Assembly (NCBI RefSeq): GCF_018977255.1
Contig: NW_024704743.1
Location: 51,028,001-51,092,000 of the forward strand
Length of the DNA: 64,000 bases
From: Callorhinchus milii
Taxonomy: Eukaryota
Direction of reading: 5' to 3'
In this document: positions 24,831 to 38,469 of the stretch, one piece after another
How positions within the stretch are numbered: the first letter of the stretch is position 1
Layout of the letters: each line of letters begins with the position of its first letter
The notes under the pieces: model-generated
The model's database searches: none
Seen by the model: only the letters and a program-made list of their open reading frames with translations
Told to the model about the DNA's origin: nothing
Program-made: the position numbers and the translations under genes

Positions 24831-26442
24831 TACCATAAGTTACTTTTTTCATGAGCCTTGATTTGGAGGAAAAAAAATAGCACCATATGTTTGAAAGGAG
24901 ATAATTTAATACCTTCCACTGCATAAATTAAGTCAGGACAGGCCTTGGTTAAAGCTCTGGGAGATCACAAGCGGTTCAGTATCATTCTGATTCAGACTGA
25001 ATGTAATCTCCACGTGGTCCGGAGTATAAATAAATGAGTCAATAACATAGTGAGTCCTACAGAAAAGGCATGTGCCCACGCTATGTATAATACACTGCTT
25101 TGATGCATTACCATGTCTCCAATATGCAAATCACAATAATTAAAATGTGATTTTAAGATAATACAGCTAGGATTTTGGGGGAGCTGGAAGAGGCAGAGAT
25201 GACTGTTCTGGGAGGTTTTACAATCATTCTGCCATATGCCTTGCAACTGTACATTCGTAAGGGATTTCTTTGGGTTCCCTATAGATTGCTCACACAATGT
25301 TCTACATGTGTAAGACAACATATGGCAATGAAGTAAGGCCTGCTAGCAATGATATTCCAGCATCTGTTCAACCACAAATCTTAAGCCAGCATCCCTGGCT
25401 CTCCAATATTTTACCTGCAATAACTGGTCCAAGTATTTTGAAAAGTGAGATCGTTGCCCAGTTAGATTTTGGAGAGTAGCTGCAATTATCTTCTCCTTAA
25501 AAGAAAATTAAATCCCTGTTGCTTTTGCATTTTTAACAGTCCACCGGAAAGAATATTGTGTTTATTTTGTCTTTGTTGTAATGTGGGATGACATGAACAA
25601 TAGCAATGGATAGAATATAACTTTTTTTCTTTTTTTTAACCACTTTTTTTACCAAAACAATACGATACAGTTACATTTACACAGCACTTTTCAAAGCACT
25701 TGACTGCAATCCAATATACTGCACAGACAAACGTATTACACCCCTGACAGCATCGTGCTGATTCACCACTGAATTCCAACAGCCCAAATCTCCTCCTGTC
25801 AGGCCATTTGCATCCAATTTTAGATTCATGCAAACCCCTTGACTGAAGCAATGTGTAAAGCAGAGCCACAGCACAATCACAAATCAAGTTAAAAGAGAAA
25901 ACTCTACTACTCCAAATCATTTATTTCTAATGGCCGCTTATTCTACCAAATTAAATTGATGGAGAAACTAAACCACACTTAAAGAGGACAGAGGAAGAAT
26001 GGAGGAAAAGAGAGATCACAAGACAATATTAATTGGTACCTTAGCTTTTTTAAAATATATATTTTCAGTTTAAAAGAATGTGTTTTAGGGTTTATTGCCA
26101 TAGTTTAGGAATGTAAAGAAACTAAGACGATGTGAAAGGTGCTATATCAAATGCAAGGATTATTATTATTATAGTTCAAAACAACTTTAATAATAAAATG
26201 TTTCTTTCAGTATCGCAATATCAATATGAGCTGCAAAAGGCAAAGGAAGACTGGAGCTGCTGGTAATGTAGGAGTTAATCCGCCATCTCCACTTTATCCC
26301 AAAATAACACATTAATTTTTTTTTAGAAAAATCATTTAAATCTGGCAACTAGACAATTATTTGGAAAGCGTTCTATTCAATTTGGTAAATAGGGTTGATC
26401 AGGAGAATGTATATCTGGTTGGTTAATACAAAGGGAAATGAC

Positions 26443-26685
26443 AATAATAATCCTTGCATTTTATTTAGCATCTTATCAAGTGGCCAAAGTGTCTCAATGT
26501 TTTTCACAGGATTTTACTGTAAAGTGCTGTGACTATATTTTTCTAGGCGAACACAGCAATCGATTTGCACACAATAATATCCCACAACCAAACGCAAAGT
26601 GAATCAATTTATCTGTGGGATTATTGAACAAGACATCGGAAGGAACTCCCTTCCAAATAGTGTCATGGAATCTTTATTATTCACC
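26443..26685 (-). mobile_element. Deu-type SINE 3' part
   Basis: aataataatccttgcatt...tcacaggattttactgtaaagtg...ccaaatagtgtcatggaatcttt. Confidence 0.75.
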
Positions 26686-27245
26686 TGGCTGTCCAATTCT
26701 TCCTTTTACAAACTGCAAATTATCCCAAACTCTTTAGCTCATATCCTTTTCTGCACTGGGCTCCACAATCTTTTCATCCCTATCCTTGCCCAGCTCTGCT
26801 TGCTCCCTCTCCCGCAGTGGATCAAGTTGAAGGTCATCCTCACTTTTAAATCCCACCATGGTGGTGCCCCACCCTGCCTCGTAACCAACTCAAACTTTAC
26901 CAAACTCCCACTCTCTCTGCTCAGCAGGCACTGGCCTGCTTTGTGTTCCTGCCCTATCCGGCCACCATCCAGTGGTTGGGCTTTCAGCATATCTGTCCCC
27001 ACTTACTGGAATTCCATCTCCCAAGTCCCCAAGTCTCACTCCTTTTCATACCTTCTTCAAAGTCCATCTCAAGACCTTGCTCTTTGACTGCGCCTTTGTC
27101 GATCTTTCTCTCACACACCCCTACCCTCGGCCCTCACCCTTCTTGAATACCACCCCCAGCTCAGATGTAAACGCTCGACTGTCCAGCGTCTTTGGACATC
27201 CTCCTGACATGAAATTCACTGTATAAATGCAATTTGTTGTTATTG
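26686..27245 (+). mobile_element. 5'-truncated L2 LINE
   Basis: YKLQIIPNSLAHIL...IPILAQLCLLPLPQWIKLKVILTFKS; FKVHLKTLLFDCAF; tataaatgcaatttgttgtt tail. Confidence 0.88.
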
Positions 27246-27399
27246 GTGGTGGTGTTATTCTTACTCCTAATTTATTTTTAAATTTAGCTTGCATTTCCTG
27301 GTTGCAATATTTGAGCCATACTCTTATGTAAATAATTTGTCTACATCAATTTCACCATTCCTTTTCATAACCTTGAAAATATCAACTGTGTTTCTTTGA

Positions 27400-27663
27400 C
27401 ATCTACGTATTCAAGTAGAACCCATGACACTATTGAAAAAGAGAAGAGAGTTGCTGTCCTGATCAACAATCCCCCAGATAGAATTGTTCATTCACGTCAT
27501 GGATTGTTTGTGGAACATTGCTGTGCACAAAGTAACTGCTGAATTCACCTACAAAATACAGTCACTACATTTTACAGTATATCCTGTGAAGTCCTTTGAT
27601 TCCTCCTCATGTCAGAAAATGTATTATATCAAATGCAAGGATTATTAGTTATTTTATTATTAT
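27400..27663 (+). mobile_element. Deu-type SINE 3' part
   Basis: cccatgacactattgaaaaagag...gtttgtggaacattgctgtgcac...tatatcaaatgcaaggattatt. Confidence 0.75.
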
Positions 27664-30600
27664 TTGCTATTGTTCAACAAAAACACCTTCCTTAATTTTC
27701 CCTTATAACTAGAATTCTTGTTAGTAGGAATCATCCTGGTTGCTTAGAGCTCTACGTACAATAATATACTTCCTTTGATTAGGTGACCAGAACTAAACAT
27801 AGTACTGTTGATGAGGTCTGACCAATATCATGTATAGTAATAAATCCAATGTTTTTATTGAATAATATAGGAAACCTAATAAAGATTTTGAGGGGAAGTT
27901 TGTGCAATGAAAACATTAATAAGCCTAAATCTGGCTACATTGAGTCCTAGGAATATTATAATCCTATGGTATCTGTGTGGTTTATGATTAGTATTTTATG
28001 ACAGACATTGCATGTGCTCCTGCAGGACCAATGAAACATTGCTACATTTGCCAAACATTGCAGTCACATTACCAGTCTCAGATATTGGTTCTGGTTAAAC
28101 AGCCACAAATTCTTAATTGTAATGCATTTTGTGCAAAAGCAGACTTTGTTGTATTTGAAAGATGTGTTGGATGTAAACAGAATACACAATGGGGGTCTGG
28201 AGCTATTTGTCTAATCAGAAATAAAGATCTGAGGTTGACACAATCAGTTTGATCACAAGCAAGAAAACAATTTTTACATTGAAGGGCTGCTCTTATTTAT
28301 GAGGTTCCTTTTTCACATTGTCTTCTTGTGATCATTGAGATATTGCATCTTTGTAGTCCTGTATCCACAAGGCATCAAAACTTTGCAGTCTTTGCAATCA
28401 GATATGATACCATGGCAAATAACTAGCTCACATTATCACTTCAAATAGATTTAGCAAACTCTGATCTTCAGACATGGTCATTAAAAGTTGAAAAGCACGG
28501 CAGATCTGAGTTAACAGATCCTAGGTATAATTTTAAGAACACCATTAATTGAGATCAATTAAATTGTAAACCAAATAAAGTGACAGGAAACATGGGTCTA
28601 GAATTTTAGACACTCAAACTCCTGCAGTGTTACTGCATAATTTCTTCAGTCATATTATTATAGAAAAATACAAATATTTGAAAGCTGCAGTTTGATGGAA
28701 GTCATACTCACAAGATTAATATATCTTTATCTTTGACCTGCTGTGGATTTCCAGCAAATTGTCCAAATTTATGCAACTGGATGCAACACTAAAAGTTTGA
28801 TTGACTTTGATTTTGGGTAAGATTCTGGGATGCTACCCTGTGTGAGGGGTGCTATATAAATGCAGTTGCTGTTATTAATACATTGGTATTAACCTCATTG
28901 CTCACATTCCATTATATCTATACCTCTTTGAGAACTGATAATCTGTAAACCAAGATAAGGAAAGGGTTGGGCATACTTAGATACATAGATTCATGACTCA
29001 TGGCACTATATAAAATTTACATTGATAAGCAAGATAGAAAATATTACATGGGTTTCATTCCAGCAACATTAGATGATTCTGGTCCACAGTGAAAGTACAG
29101 TGGGACCTGACTACTGTCACTTTCAATTTGCCAGTCAAAAAAAATGACAATTAGAATGAAGTGACAACAGGGCTTCACTTCAGCATGTTGTAGCTTTCCT
29201 CAGAGAGAAATGTTCATGCTGAATGATTGTGAAATAAAAATCACAAGGAAATAAGTCTGTCACTTTCTGCAATGACTGCTACAGATATTTTGTGGGGGAT
29301 TTTGATTGTAACGTCCATTTTAGAATGAGTTTGGGGCTCTTCCATGTGATTGGTGTGACAAGGAAATGATAAGACAAAAAAGGGTGGATGTAGTGCAAAA
29401 TGATGATGGACGGAATTGACAATACAAGGGATATCAGCAGATAATGAAATGATGTGTTGCGAAGAATTCGGACATTTGGAAATGTGACATTGAAGAGGAA
29501 GTGACATTAAGTTATGTTGGGTGGAACATTCCTAGCATAAAATAATCACTTGAATGGAAAAGCATTGCTCTTTGCAGTACTTCAAATTTTAAATCCTTAA
29601 TTGGATACATCAAAAACATGGTCATAGCCTACAAGATTTCTGAAGCACTGAAATACCACATTACTATGTCATCCGTGCCTCCTTTAAAAACCAGTAGGAG
29701 AGATTGAGAATTAAGTAGAGATATGTTTTTTTTCCATTACTTGACTGAACAAACCACAGTTGTTTATTGGAATAGTGTAGACAACCATTTGCAATCCAAC
29801 CCAACCAAGTCTTCGATCAAAAATGCACATAATTAAGCAGTTCTCAAGAGGAAGCAAAACAGCTTGATCGTCATGTACTCATTAAAGTAATTTATCGTAA
29901 AATGAGAATTAAATACATAAGCTAAGTTCACGTTAAGCACAAATCATTGAAAGGTAGACATTATTGCTAAATAATATACTAGGAGTTTAGTTTATGATAA
30001 ATTAATCAGAATTACTTTAACTATTTTACCAATTCATTTAAATCCTGGTATGTTTAGCATTTCGTAGTTTGACATTCCTGAAACTGCACTAGAATTGTTT
30101 TCAACTCTATGAGATCTTCAGTAGTCTTCTGAATTAAAATAAAAATGTAGAAAGGATAAATTACACAAATGTATTCAGAGAACATGGCGACTGCTCAAAA
30201 ACCATTTGAGAACTGCATCAGCATGCAAGATACAAGGACCAAAATTGGGATGGGTTAATTAACACCGATAGGGCCAATTAAAAAAAGTGCCATGATGATA
30301 ATTAACATATTGACTGTGCTGGAGACAGCCCACCCCAACACTCTTTTCAAATGGCTAAGACAAGAAGCATGATAATTATTCCCATTACATTCGAACATTT
30401 CGAGATTGATAAAATTACTGATAGTGGAGATTAATCCCTTTTCTTCTTTTTTTAAAAAAAATCTAATTATCCATGTGAAATCGTGCAAATTGAGCAAATA
30501 ACTCAAGAATTCAGTAATGCAAGGCCAATTTTGAGTTTCTTGTCACAACGCACAGTGTTAAATGACTTCACTGAGTACATGACGATCGTTTTATCCCAAG

Positions 30601-30737
30601 TTCATGGATAGAGCTCTCCACTTTCATTACCTGCTCATCAAAGGCAATTGCATAAAGTAAAATACATTTATTTCTCCAAAACCAGAAGATCGAGACTGCC
30701 ACATACTTAATTCTACTGTTCCACTGGCACCCGAAAC

Positions 30738-30843
30738 ATCACCTTGGGTGTGGGGGGTGTTGGGGGAAATCATCTTGGGTGGGAGGGGGATAGGGAGATC
30801 ACTTTGGGTGGATGGGGGGTGGGGAGAGGGGGAATCATCTTGG
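30738..30843 (+). repeat. G-rich minisatellite, about 3.3 units of 29-36 bp
   Basis: Units start ATCA(C/T)(C/T)TTGG at 30738, 30769, 30798 and 30834. Confidence 0.7.
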
Positions 30844-32294
30844 AGCTTATTCCCAAGGACACCCACCCTCAGAGAGGATAGTTGTTCAATCACGTTAAGG
30901 AACTTCACAGTACTGAGCCTCAACAAGAGGTGGAAAGTAAGAATGAATCTTCACGATGTTGTCCCACTCCAATTGGCAGTCTGCTTCTACAACTAGCTGC
31001 TGCATTCAGATTGCCCTTTGTAGTACCTTAGAAATTACATCTTAAAAATGAGCCTTCTTCATCCAAACCAATCTTGTGATCTTTTGATTTCATTCTTCCA
31101 AAGCAATAGAAATTCTCCTACTAATATAAAGTTAAGTAGCTCATTCAGTCCCATCCACCCCACTTAAATCTAGACTGAAAACATTTGTGAATTGCTCATT
31201 TCTGTTCCCAAATTCCAGCAGTTCATTGTGGCCAAGCATTTCTGCCATTTATTGCGAGGTGTGCATGATATATAACATTTCAGAGAAAGGATCTAACACT
31301 TTTATTTCAAATAACCCACTTGAATAAATAACAGAAGGCATTCCAGTATGTGTCAGGCACACACCTCAAACATTTCCATTCAACTATAGCTAACTTTAGC
31401 CCTGACATGGGGTCTGCTGTTATTGAAGCCCAGAAGGGCTCTTTACAGAAGACAATCATGAATTAAAGTTTGTAGTGCCAAACAACAAGGGTGCATATCA
31501 TTCCACTTCTGCAAAATAACGAAACATTGGACAGCCCTCCAGTGCGCTTTCATAAACATTTTTCATACCACTTTGCTGGAACAAGCACAGCGCTTTAACT
31601 CAAACAATGTATTCAGCACAACCAAAAAAAGACCCGAGAGAATGACAGACACAACTGCAGCTTGTTGAAATGGATTTATTTCATGAAGCCGTAGGTGGTA
31701 ATTTTACATACGGTCCATATGCTGAAAACTGCTACTTAGACGATGGAACAATGGACAAAGCTTTATTTCACGTACTCTGGAATGTTCCCAGTTTAAAATC
31801 ACTACAACTGAGAAATAAATCTACTTAATCATGTGCAGATCACTGCTTTTGCTAAATTACATAGACTTAAGTAGAATTGATAGCAGTTTTTATATTCCAC
31901 ATAACCCTCCACCCATCATAATCATAATACCCTTCTATTGTCTTCTCCTTCAAGTATTCCCAAAGATATGGGTGTTCGGTAAAATGTATCCCAGCTAGTT
32001 TGAGGGCAACAGAAGCTGGCGAGTAACCAATGCAGATGGTTGTAATGAACGTATTACAAACATAGCAATAAGCATATCCAAGACAGCAAGCTCAGAAAAA
32101 GAAAGATGGAATACAAAGCATATGATGTGCCATTGTAAAATATTTTCCTCTAATGAGCAACACAACCCTTTTACATATGTTTCAAAGATTTCAAAGTGTA
32201 ACAAACAAAGTAATTTAAAACAGATGGCTTTGTCATGCACAAGTGTTTGTATGTTTGGATTGTATGTTCTCTGTGTCCCATAAAGTTAAAACTG

Positions 32295-32517
32295 TGTCAG
32301 CTTGGCACAGTTAGTAGCACCCTTGCCTCTGAGTGAGATGGCTGTGGTTTCATAGTCCCACGTTGGAACTTTGAACTCACAAGTCTATGCTAATGACAGA
32401 GCTGGGGCTGTGCGGCATTGCTGGAGGTCCTGTCCTTTAGGTGAGATGTTAAACACAGGTCCATGTTAAAGTGGACATTACAAATCCCAAAACACTATTC
32501 AGAAAGAGAAGGGAGTT
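32295..32517 (+). mobile_element. SacSINE1-like Deu SINE, 5' half with tRNA head
   Basis: gtcagcttggcacagttagtagcacccttgcctctgagt...ggaggtcctgtcctttaggtgagatgttaaac. Confidence 0.75.
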
Positions 32518-32718
32518 AAACCAAGGCCGTTTCAAATGCTGTTTTAATCTGTACAAATGGACCAGACTGTCTTGTTCCACCACTTGTTCCAAAGCAATCT
32601 AATTTTGGAATGATCATATTGTACGCCAACTTGAAATACTTGTGGTTACCAGAAGGAATCCCCATTTGTAACTCAGATTCCTTTATAAGAAATCTATTTG
32701 CAATCGTCATGTCTCAGA

Positions 32719-32797
32719 CTTAGGAACATAGGAAATGCTAAACGAAAAATGACCAAGGTCCATCCAGTTCGCCTTCCACCATCCTGGCAGTTGCGTG
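32719..32797 (-). mobile_element. CR1 3' terminal fragment
   Basis: taggaacataggaa...gaccaaggtccatccagttcgccttccaccatcctggcag, same 3' UTR as 44690-44750. Confidence 0.7.
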
Positions 32798-35599
32798 CAC
32801 ATACCATGTGTTGAAATACCCATATACTGTATAAATGTATGACTTTAGTCCCTGAAAGTCAGATGACACTTAACCGGAAAGCTACATTTTTCAATTCAGT
32901 AGTTTACTGCATCTTCGATTGCAAATACAATACATCACTTGTTAAACATGACTAAATATTTGCTTTCAAAAATAATCTCCAGAATAAAACAGCTGCGCTA
33001 ATAGTTGACAAAACCATTTCTATGAATATCCTGCCTTGGAAAATCTTAAATGAGTTTCCCTGGAGCATTGAGATCCAATACTTGTTGGCATTGTTACAAT
33101 TAAATGCGACAAATCACTTCACTACATGATCAAATTGTTTACTAAAATGTCCGATAATCACTCCTATACCACCAGATCAAGCAGTAAAAGTAATTTGTCT
33201 CTGTAATGAATCAAGATGTGAAGGAGGAGACATCCATACCACTGAGAATATGTCTCTCTCTATGGAGTTTCTTGGAGCACAGAGCTAGAGCAAATCTTCA
33301 AAGCACACATTTAATCACATGATAAAGATATATTCTCATTCATGGTGCTTGGACAGTCCTATGTAACAGTACATTTTACTTATTAGCTTAATGTCCAATA
33401 AAGTAGTAGCAATATTTTACATTTTGCAGTAAAATTCTTTTTATGAATTTGGGATGTCCTCCTATTACATGAAATGCATTATTTTAAAATCTATAGATTC
33501 TTTCTAATGATTCCAGCAAAAAGATCACCATATCCGAAATAGAATTTCACAGCTTTGTTGGTCAGCATCTCAAAGAGCTTTTTTTGCATCAAAACAGAAT
33601 ATCTGCTGGTCATTTCTGAAAGCTGCTTGGTGTTTTCTCAATGATTTTATTTTCTACAATATCTTCTTTTGAAAGCCGGGAGAACCAAGAAAAAGAATGA
33701 TCACTTTTCAACTCTCTTCCCCCTCTAAGAATATTTATCAAATGTTAACTGGTAACCAGTGTAAATCATAACTTTTATCTTATTGCACAGAGTAAATATT
33801 GTTATCACTTGTGGCTTTGAGTGTAAGTTGTGACTCTGTGCTGACTGCAGAGGAAGATTTGATAAAATGAGCTGTACCTCACTGCACACAGAACTGACCT
33901 CTGTCTAACACACAGATATTTATGACTGAAGGCAGTGGTAGCTGAAAATAAAATAAAATAAAACAAAGTTTCACTTGAACTACTATATCCTCTTACTCAA
34001 TCTATAATGTTGGTCCCTTCTACAATAGTATGTTTGCATAAGTTTACTCTCCAAATTCGATAGAAATATAAAGAAGGAATTTCTGGTCCGTATTCTGCAT
34101 ACATCGGAAGTCGTCTGATTTGAAAAAATCTCAAAGGTAACTCATTGTAAATCACATGTAAAAATGGCGAAGTTTGAAAAGAAAACTCCAACAAGCAAAC
34201 ACTCAGTTAGTTTTGAGAAAATGGTTTAGGAAAAGGGTAGCAGGCATGGTGGACAAAGAACCAGCGCAGGTTTTGGAGATACACTTGCTGACAGAGAAAA
34301 GAGAAGGGAGTTTCTTCTGATATCCTGGCCAGTAATGCTCCAAATTAATCAATATTTTACAGTGGTTTATGGGATTTGCTGATGCAAGAATCTGTCCCAT
34401 TTGCCTACCAATACAATATCAAGTCAGTATACTTAACAGTGATCATCAGTGAAACACTTTAAGATATTTCGATGTGATGAGGAACTATATTATTACATTA
34501 CCATTATCACATGTTTGTGTTGCCATTTATCTGTGATATTATAAACTGGTAATATATAAGTGAATATAATTTTGAATCGAACTTTAGGCATTTTTTGATT
34601 TGCAGCTTCTTGGCACTCTTCATTCCTGTCCTGGGAATATCTTATGTATTAAGGGTCAGGGAATGCCTTTACCATTGTCCAGGTATTGCTATTTCTTCTT
34701 CCGCTGATCTTATCTGATTAAACGTGGCTGTTACCCAGAATCCTGTGGACTCTTGGGAAAATATGACACCAAACTTATACGATTGTAGAGTTACAGGCAG
34801 TGCAGGTCAAAGTCAGGGTGGTCACCTTCCATTTTCAAATTGCACAAAAAGGATTTATCAAATTGTATTATGGATGAAAATGGGAAGTAAACGGTACTGC
34901 AGGGAGCACAGTAATTCATATTGGTGTGGCAGTCTAACCTTGTTTGACAGGGATAAGACCATCTGTGGCAAGAATACCTTTGGGAGAATATCAGCTAATA
35001 AAGTATAGAGCAGGAGTTAGGTTTTATTGTTACTTTAAGCATTTCATAAGCCATTACTTTTAAATATATTGGAACACATTCCTTGAAGGACTCTCCTGTG
35101 ACTTGGAACTCGTATTAAAAAACTCTTTTTGAAATCACTGGGTTTTAGACTATTATTTTGCATGTTTCTGCCTTTCTCTTTTTGAATAGTTTAATGGGAA
35201 AACAGGTGAAGGGTTTAACATCCCATCTGAAAGACGACACCTTTGCCAATTCAACACTTCCCGGTACTGCACCGGTGTCAACCTAGACCATAAACTTCAG
35301 GCCCAACAACAGTGACACCTACTAGCGGATAGAGAGAGTGTGGAGTTGGGGTGGTTAGTATACCCTGATCGCTAAAGTTAACAATTTTTTTTTGCTAAAT
35401 CATTGCAAATGAGAACTCCCTGCTTCAAATGCTGCCATGTGACCTTTAATGCTCCCTGAATCACTAGGGTTCTCCTGAAGGCACCAACTACCGCTGGGTA
35501 TAATTTCACGCATGCCCTCAGCCCTCCAATGCATTGTCCAAGTGAACGTTCCCCATATCTGAGGCTAAGCAGTTGTTGGGGGAGAGGCGGGGGTGGGCA

Positions 35600-35820
35600 A
35601 ATAATCATTGGTCATTAGATAGTAGCTTGGTACCAGGAACTCAAACTGAGTTCCCCACCCTCCTCCTCCCCTGGCCATAGTTCAGGGGCACGATGGCCAG
35701 TTGTAGCACCCCCAAATGCGGCCCTCCAGCCAACAACAAACAGACCAGGAATCAAACCTACTCCGTTCAGACCTGTATGGCTTAGATTTGTTTAGTGCTG
35801 CCTTTTCCCACTGGGCCATG
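35600..35820 (-). mobile_element. Old tRNA-headed SINE-like element
   Basis: Reverse complement atggcccagtggg...gccatacag...ggtttgattcctggtctg...gtgctacaactggcc; same family as 1812-2260. Confidence 0.55.
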
Positions 35821-35934
35821 GAGTGTGGTGGGAGGAATGCAGTGAGAGGTGAATTTTAAAAGAACAAAAGAAGCAGGGAGGGTGGAGGGAAAATCTAAAT
35901 GTTTATCCAAAGTGGACAGAAAAAAAATGACTCG

Positions 35935-36245
35935 TTGCATTGTCAGTCGGAGTTGATGTCCTTTGGATGAGACATCAAATCCAAATCCAGTCTGTCTGTT
36001 CTTCAGGTGGATGCTGAAGGTTGTGTGAGACTTTTCGAAAAGAAGAGGGGAGTTTCTCCCGGTGTCATGGCCAGCAGCCCTCCAGGTGAAGTCATCTCAT
36101 GGCTGTGCTTGTGGGGCCTTGCTTGTACAAATGGATGCCACATTTGCCTACGAAAACAGTCACTTCACTTGACAGTAATTACCTATGAAGAGCTTTGAAG
36201 CTTTTTGATGTGATAAAGCGCTACAAAATACTAATTCTATCTTTC
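35935..36245 (+). mobile_element. Deu-domain SINE, headless
   Basis: gtcctttggatgagacatcaaa...caggtggatg...gaagaggggagtttctcccggtgtcatggcc. Confidence 0.78.
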
Positions 36246-36604
36246 TTCCTCTGCGCAACGTGACTAGTGGAACTTGAAGCTAATTAGAACACTTGTCCAT
36301 CATTTCATGCTGTGGATTATTCTGCTGCCTTCACTAAGTACAATGAATTGCTTCACATACGTTGTTCCGTTCTATACGTTCACTAAGTTTAGCCAATTTA
36401 CCATGTATATAAATAACTAACTAAATTTAAAATTATAAATACAATTATATTTTAAATATAAATTATATTATGAATATATAATTTTTTTTTAGACTGGGTC
36501 TAACTGGGTCTACAGTAATTTTCACGCACAGAGGAATACATTTGCAACACTTAAAAACAGTGCCAAACAGTCCAATATACATCAACACATTTACGTTGAA
36601 TTCA

Positions 36605-36870
36605 CAGTCTAGGCTGATTTTCCAATGTAGGTGCTGCGTTGTCAGAAGTGGAATCCTTCAGATGAAACATTAAACTGAGATTCAGTCTGCCTCTTCAGGT
36701 AGATTTTAAAGATCTCACGACACTATTTGAAAAGGGAAATGAGATTTCACCCAGTGTCCTGGCCAGCAATACCCCAGATAAAAGCTGTCATTCACTTCAC
36801 GTTGTGTGACACTGCTGTGCGCACATTGGCTGCCACATTCGTCTATAAAATACAGTCACTACACTTTACA
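36605..36870 (+). mobile_element. Deu-domain SINE, followed by an L2 3' end at 36895-37092
   Basis: cttcagatgaaacattaaactgag...aaagatctcacgacactatttgaa...cattggctgccacattc; then ctttggaactc...gctatataaatgcaagttattg. Confidence 0.78.
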
Positions 36871-38153
36871 GAGTTAAGACCTGTTTTGGATCCCCAAAGC
36901 TTTGGAACTCTTTCCCCCAATCCTCCCGCCTTGCCTCCTCCTGCCCCTCTTTCAGGTCATGACTGAAGACCTTCCTCTCTGACTGTGCTTACGGTCCTGC
37001 CTCCTCCCGGCTCTACATCAGACTCTGCCATTGTTAAACGCTCCGGGACGCTGCCCTGCATGAAGACTGCTATATAAATGCAAGTTATTGTCGCCAAAGC
37101 TCCATCAGAATGCAAGGATTGTTATTATTTATTGCATTGAGTGATCCAAGCAGAGCAATCCCTCTGTCTCTTGTTGCAGTCACTCACCAACTTGATTAGG
37201 AAACTATTTTGCTCCTATATTGGATTTTGAAAAAAAAATTACGTAATCGTTTGACCCATCGTTCTTCTCTGACATGATAACTTTCAGACAACTTCATGCC
37301 GCCTCCACCAATATCATTTTCCCGAGTCACTCAACAACACACTTACATTTGGATCACTCTCTCGTATGAAAAGAAAATTCTCAGATTTTATGAAACGCCA
37401 ATAACTTTTCAATCCAGGCAGAACTTCTTGACGTGTTAATCACATTACCTAGACCTGATACTTACCACTGGGGATTCATCCAATGCACAGAGCTCAAGCT
37501 AACATTATTGTTACAGTAAGATAGCAGTGGTAGCTTCACATTAACAACAAAATATTGTGGAAAAGGATCATGGCATCACACAAAAACAGTTCCAGATCTA
37601 TTAGAGGTGAAATTCTAACCACAAAGATGTTTCCTTTGTTCAGGCTCACTAACACTTTAATACATGGTCAGCTATTCAGCTATAACCCCTCCACTATTTA
37701 TTGATATTGAAGAGTAATTTGCACGCTGTGTAAACTATGTGAAAATGCATGTGCATAGAGGGAATTACAAGTTCTCTCTAGTATGTTGTTAACAACCAAT
37801 GATTTTGGAGTCCTGTTATTCCCTCTGTCCACATGATTCTTTTCACACGTGGTTAGCACAACGTGCAAATATATCTAAATTATACAGTGGCTTACATTAT
37901 GAACCAGGCTGGGAACCTCGCATATGATAGAATAACATTGTACTTCTTAAAGAGCTTTGAAAATTATGGTATACAAAGATGAATTAAATCTTCTACAATA
38001 CATTATAATTAAACTACAGCATCAATACTTGTTTATACAGGTTCGTACAACTTCCCAAAACTGACCAGGAGCCCAAGCTTGGGGGGTGGTCGGGGGGGAG
38101 ACAGCAGGGGTGACCTTAAGTGCAGTCACAAATATAAGTCTTAGGCATATTTT

Positions 38154-38469
38154 AATAATAATAATCCTTGCATTTGATATAGTGCTTTTCACGTCTTCTA
38201 GACGTCCCAAAGTGTTTCACAGAATATACTGTAAAGTGAATTGACTGTATATTTGTGGGTGAACGCGGCAGCCAATTGCGCACAGCAATGTCCCACAAAC
38301 AGTCGTGGATTGAAAATGACCAATTTAGTATTGTTTTGTTTTTTTGGAGGGATTATTATTAGGCGTGTGGAGTAAGGAAACTTGCCCAAGGTTTCGCCCT
38401 GCCTGGAATTGAACTCAGGTCTCTCACTTGCAAAGTGAGTGCTCTAACCATTGAGCTACAGGACTCCAC
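38154..38469 (-). mobile_element. tRNA-Ala-headed SINE, internally deleted subfamily
   Basis: Complete head and tail; lacks about 60 nt after ccacacgcct. Confidence 0.92.

Noticed and set aside
36405..36490. Nearly pure AT stretch with self-complementarity
   Set aside because: Low-complexity sequence; pairing is expected by chance
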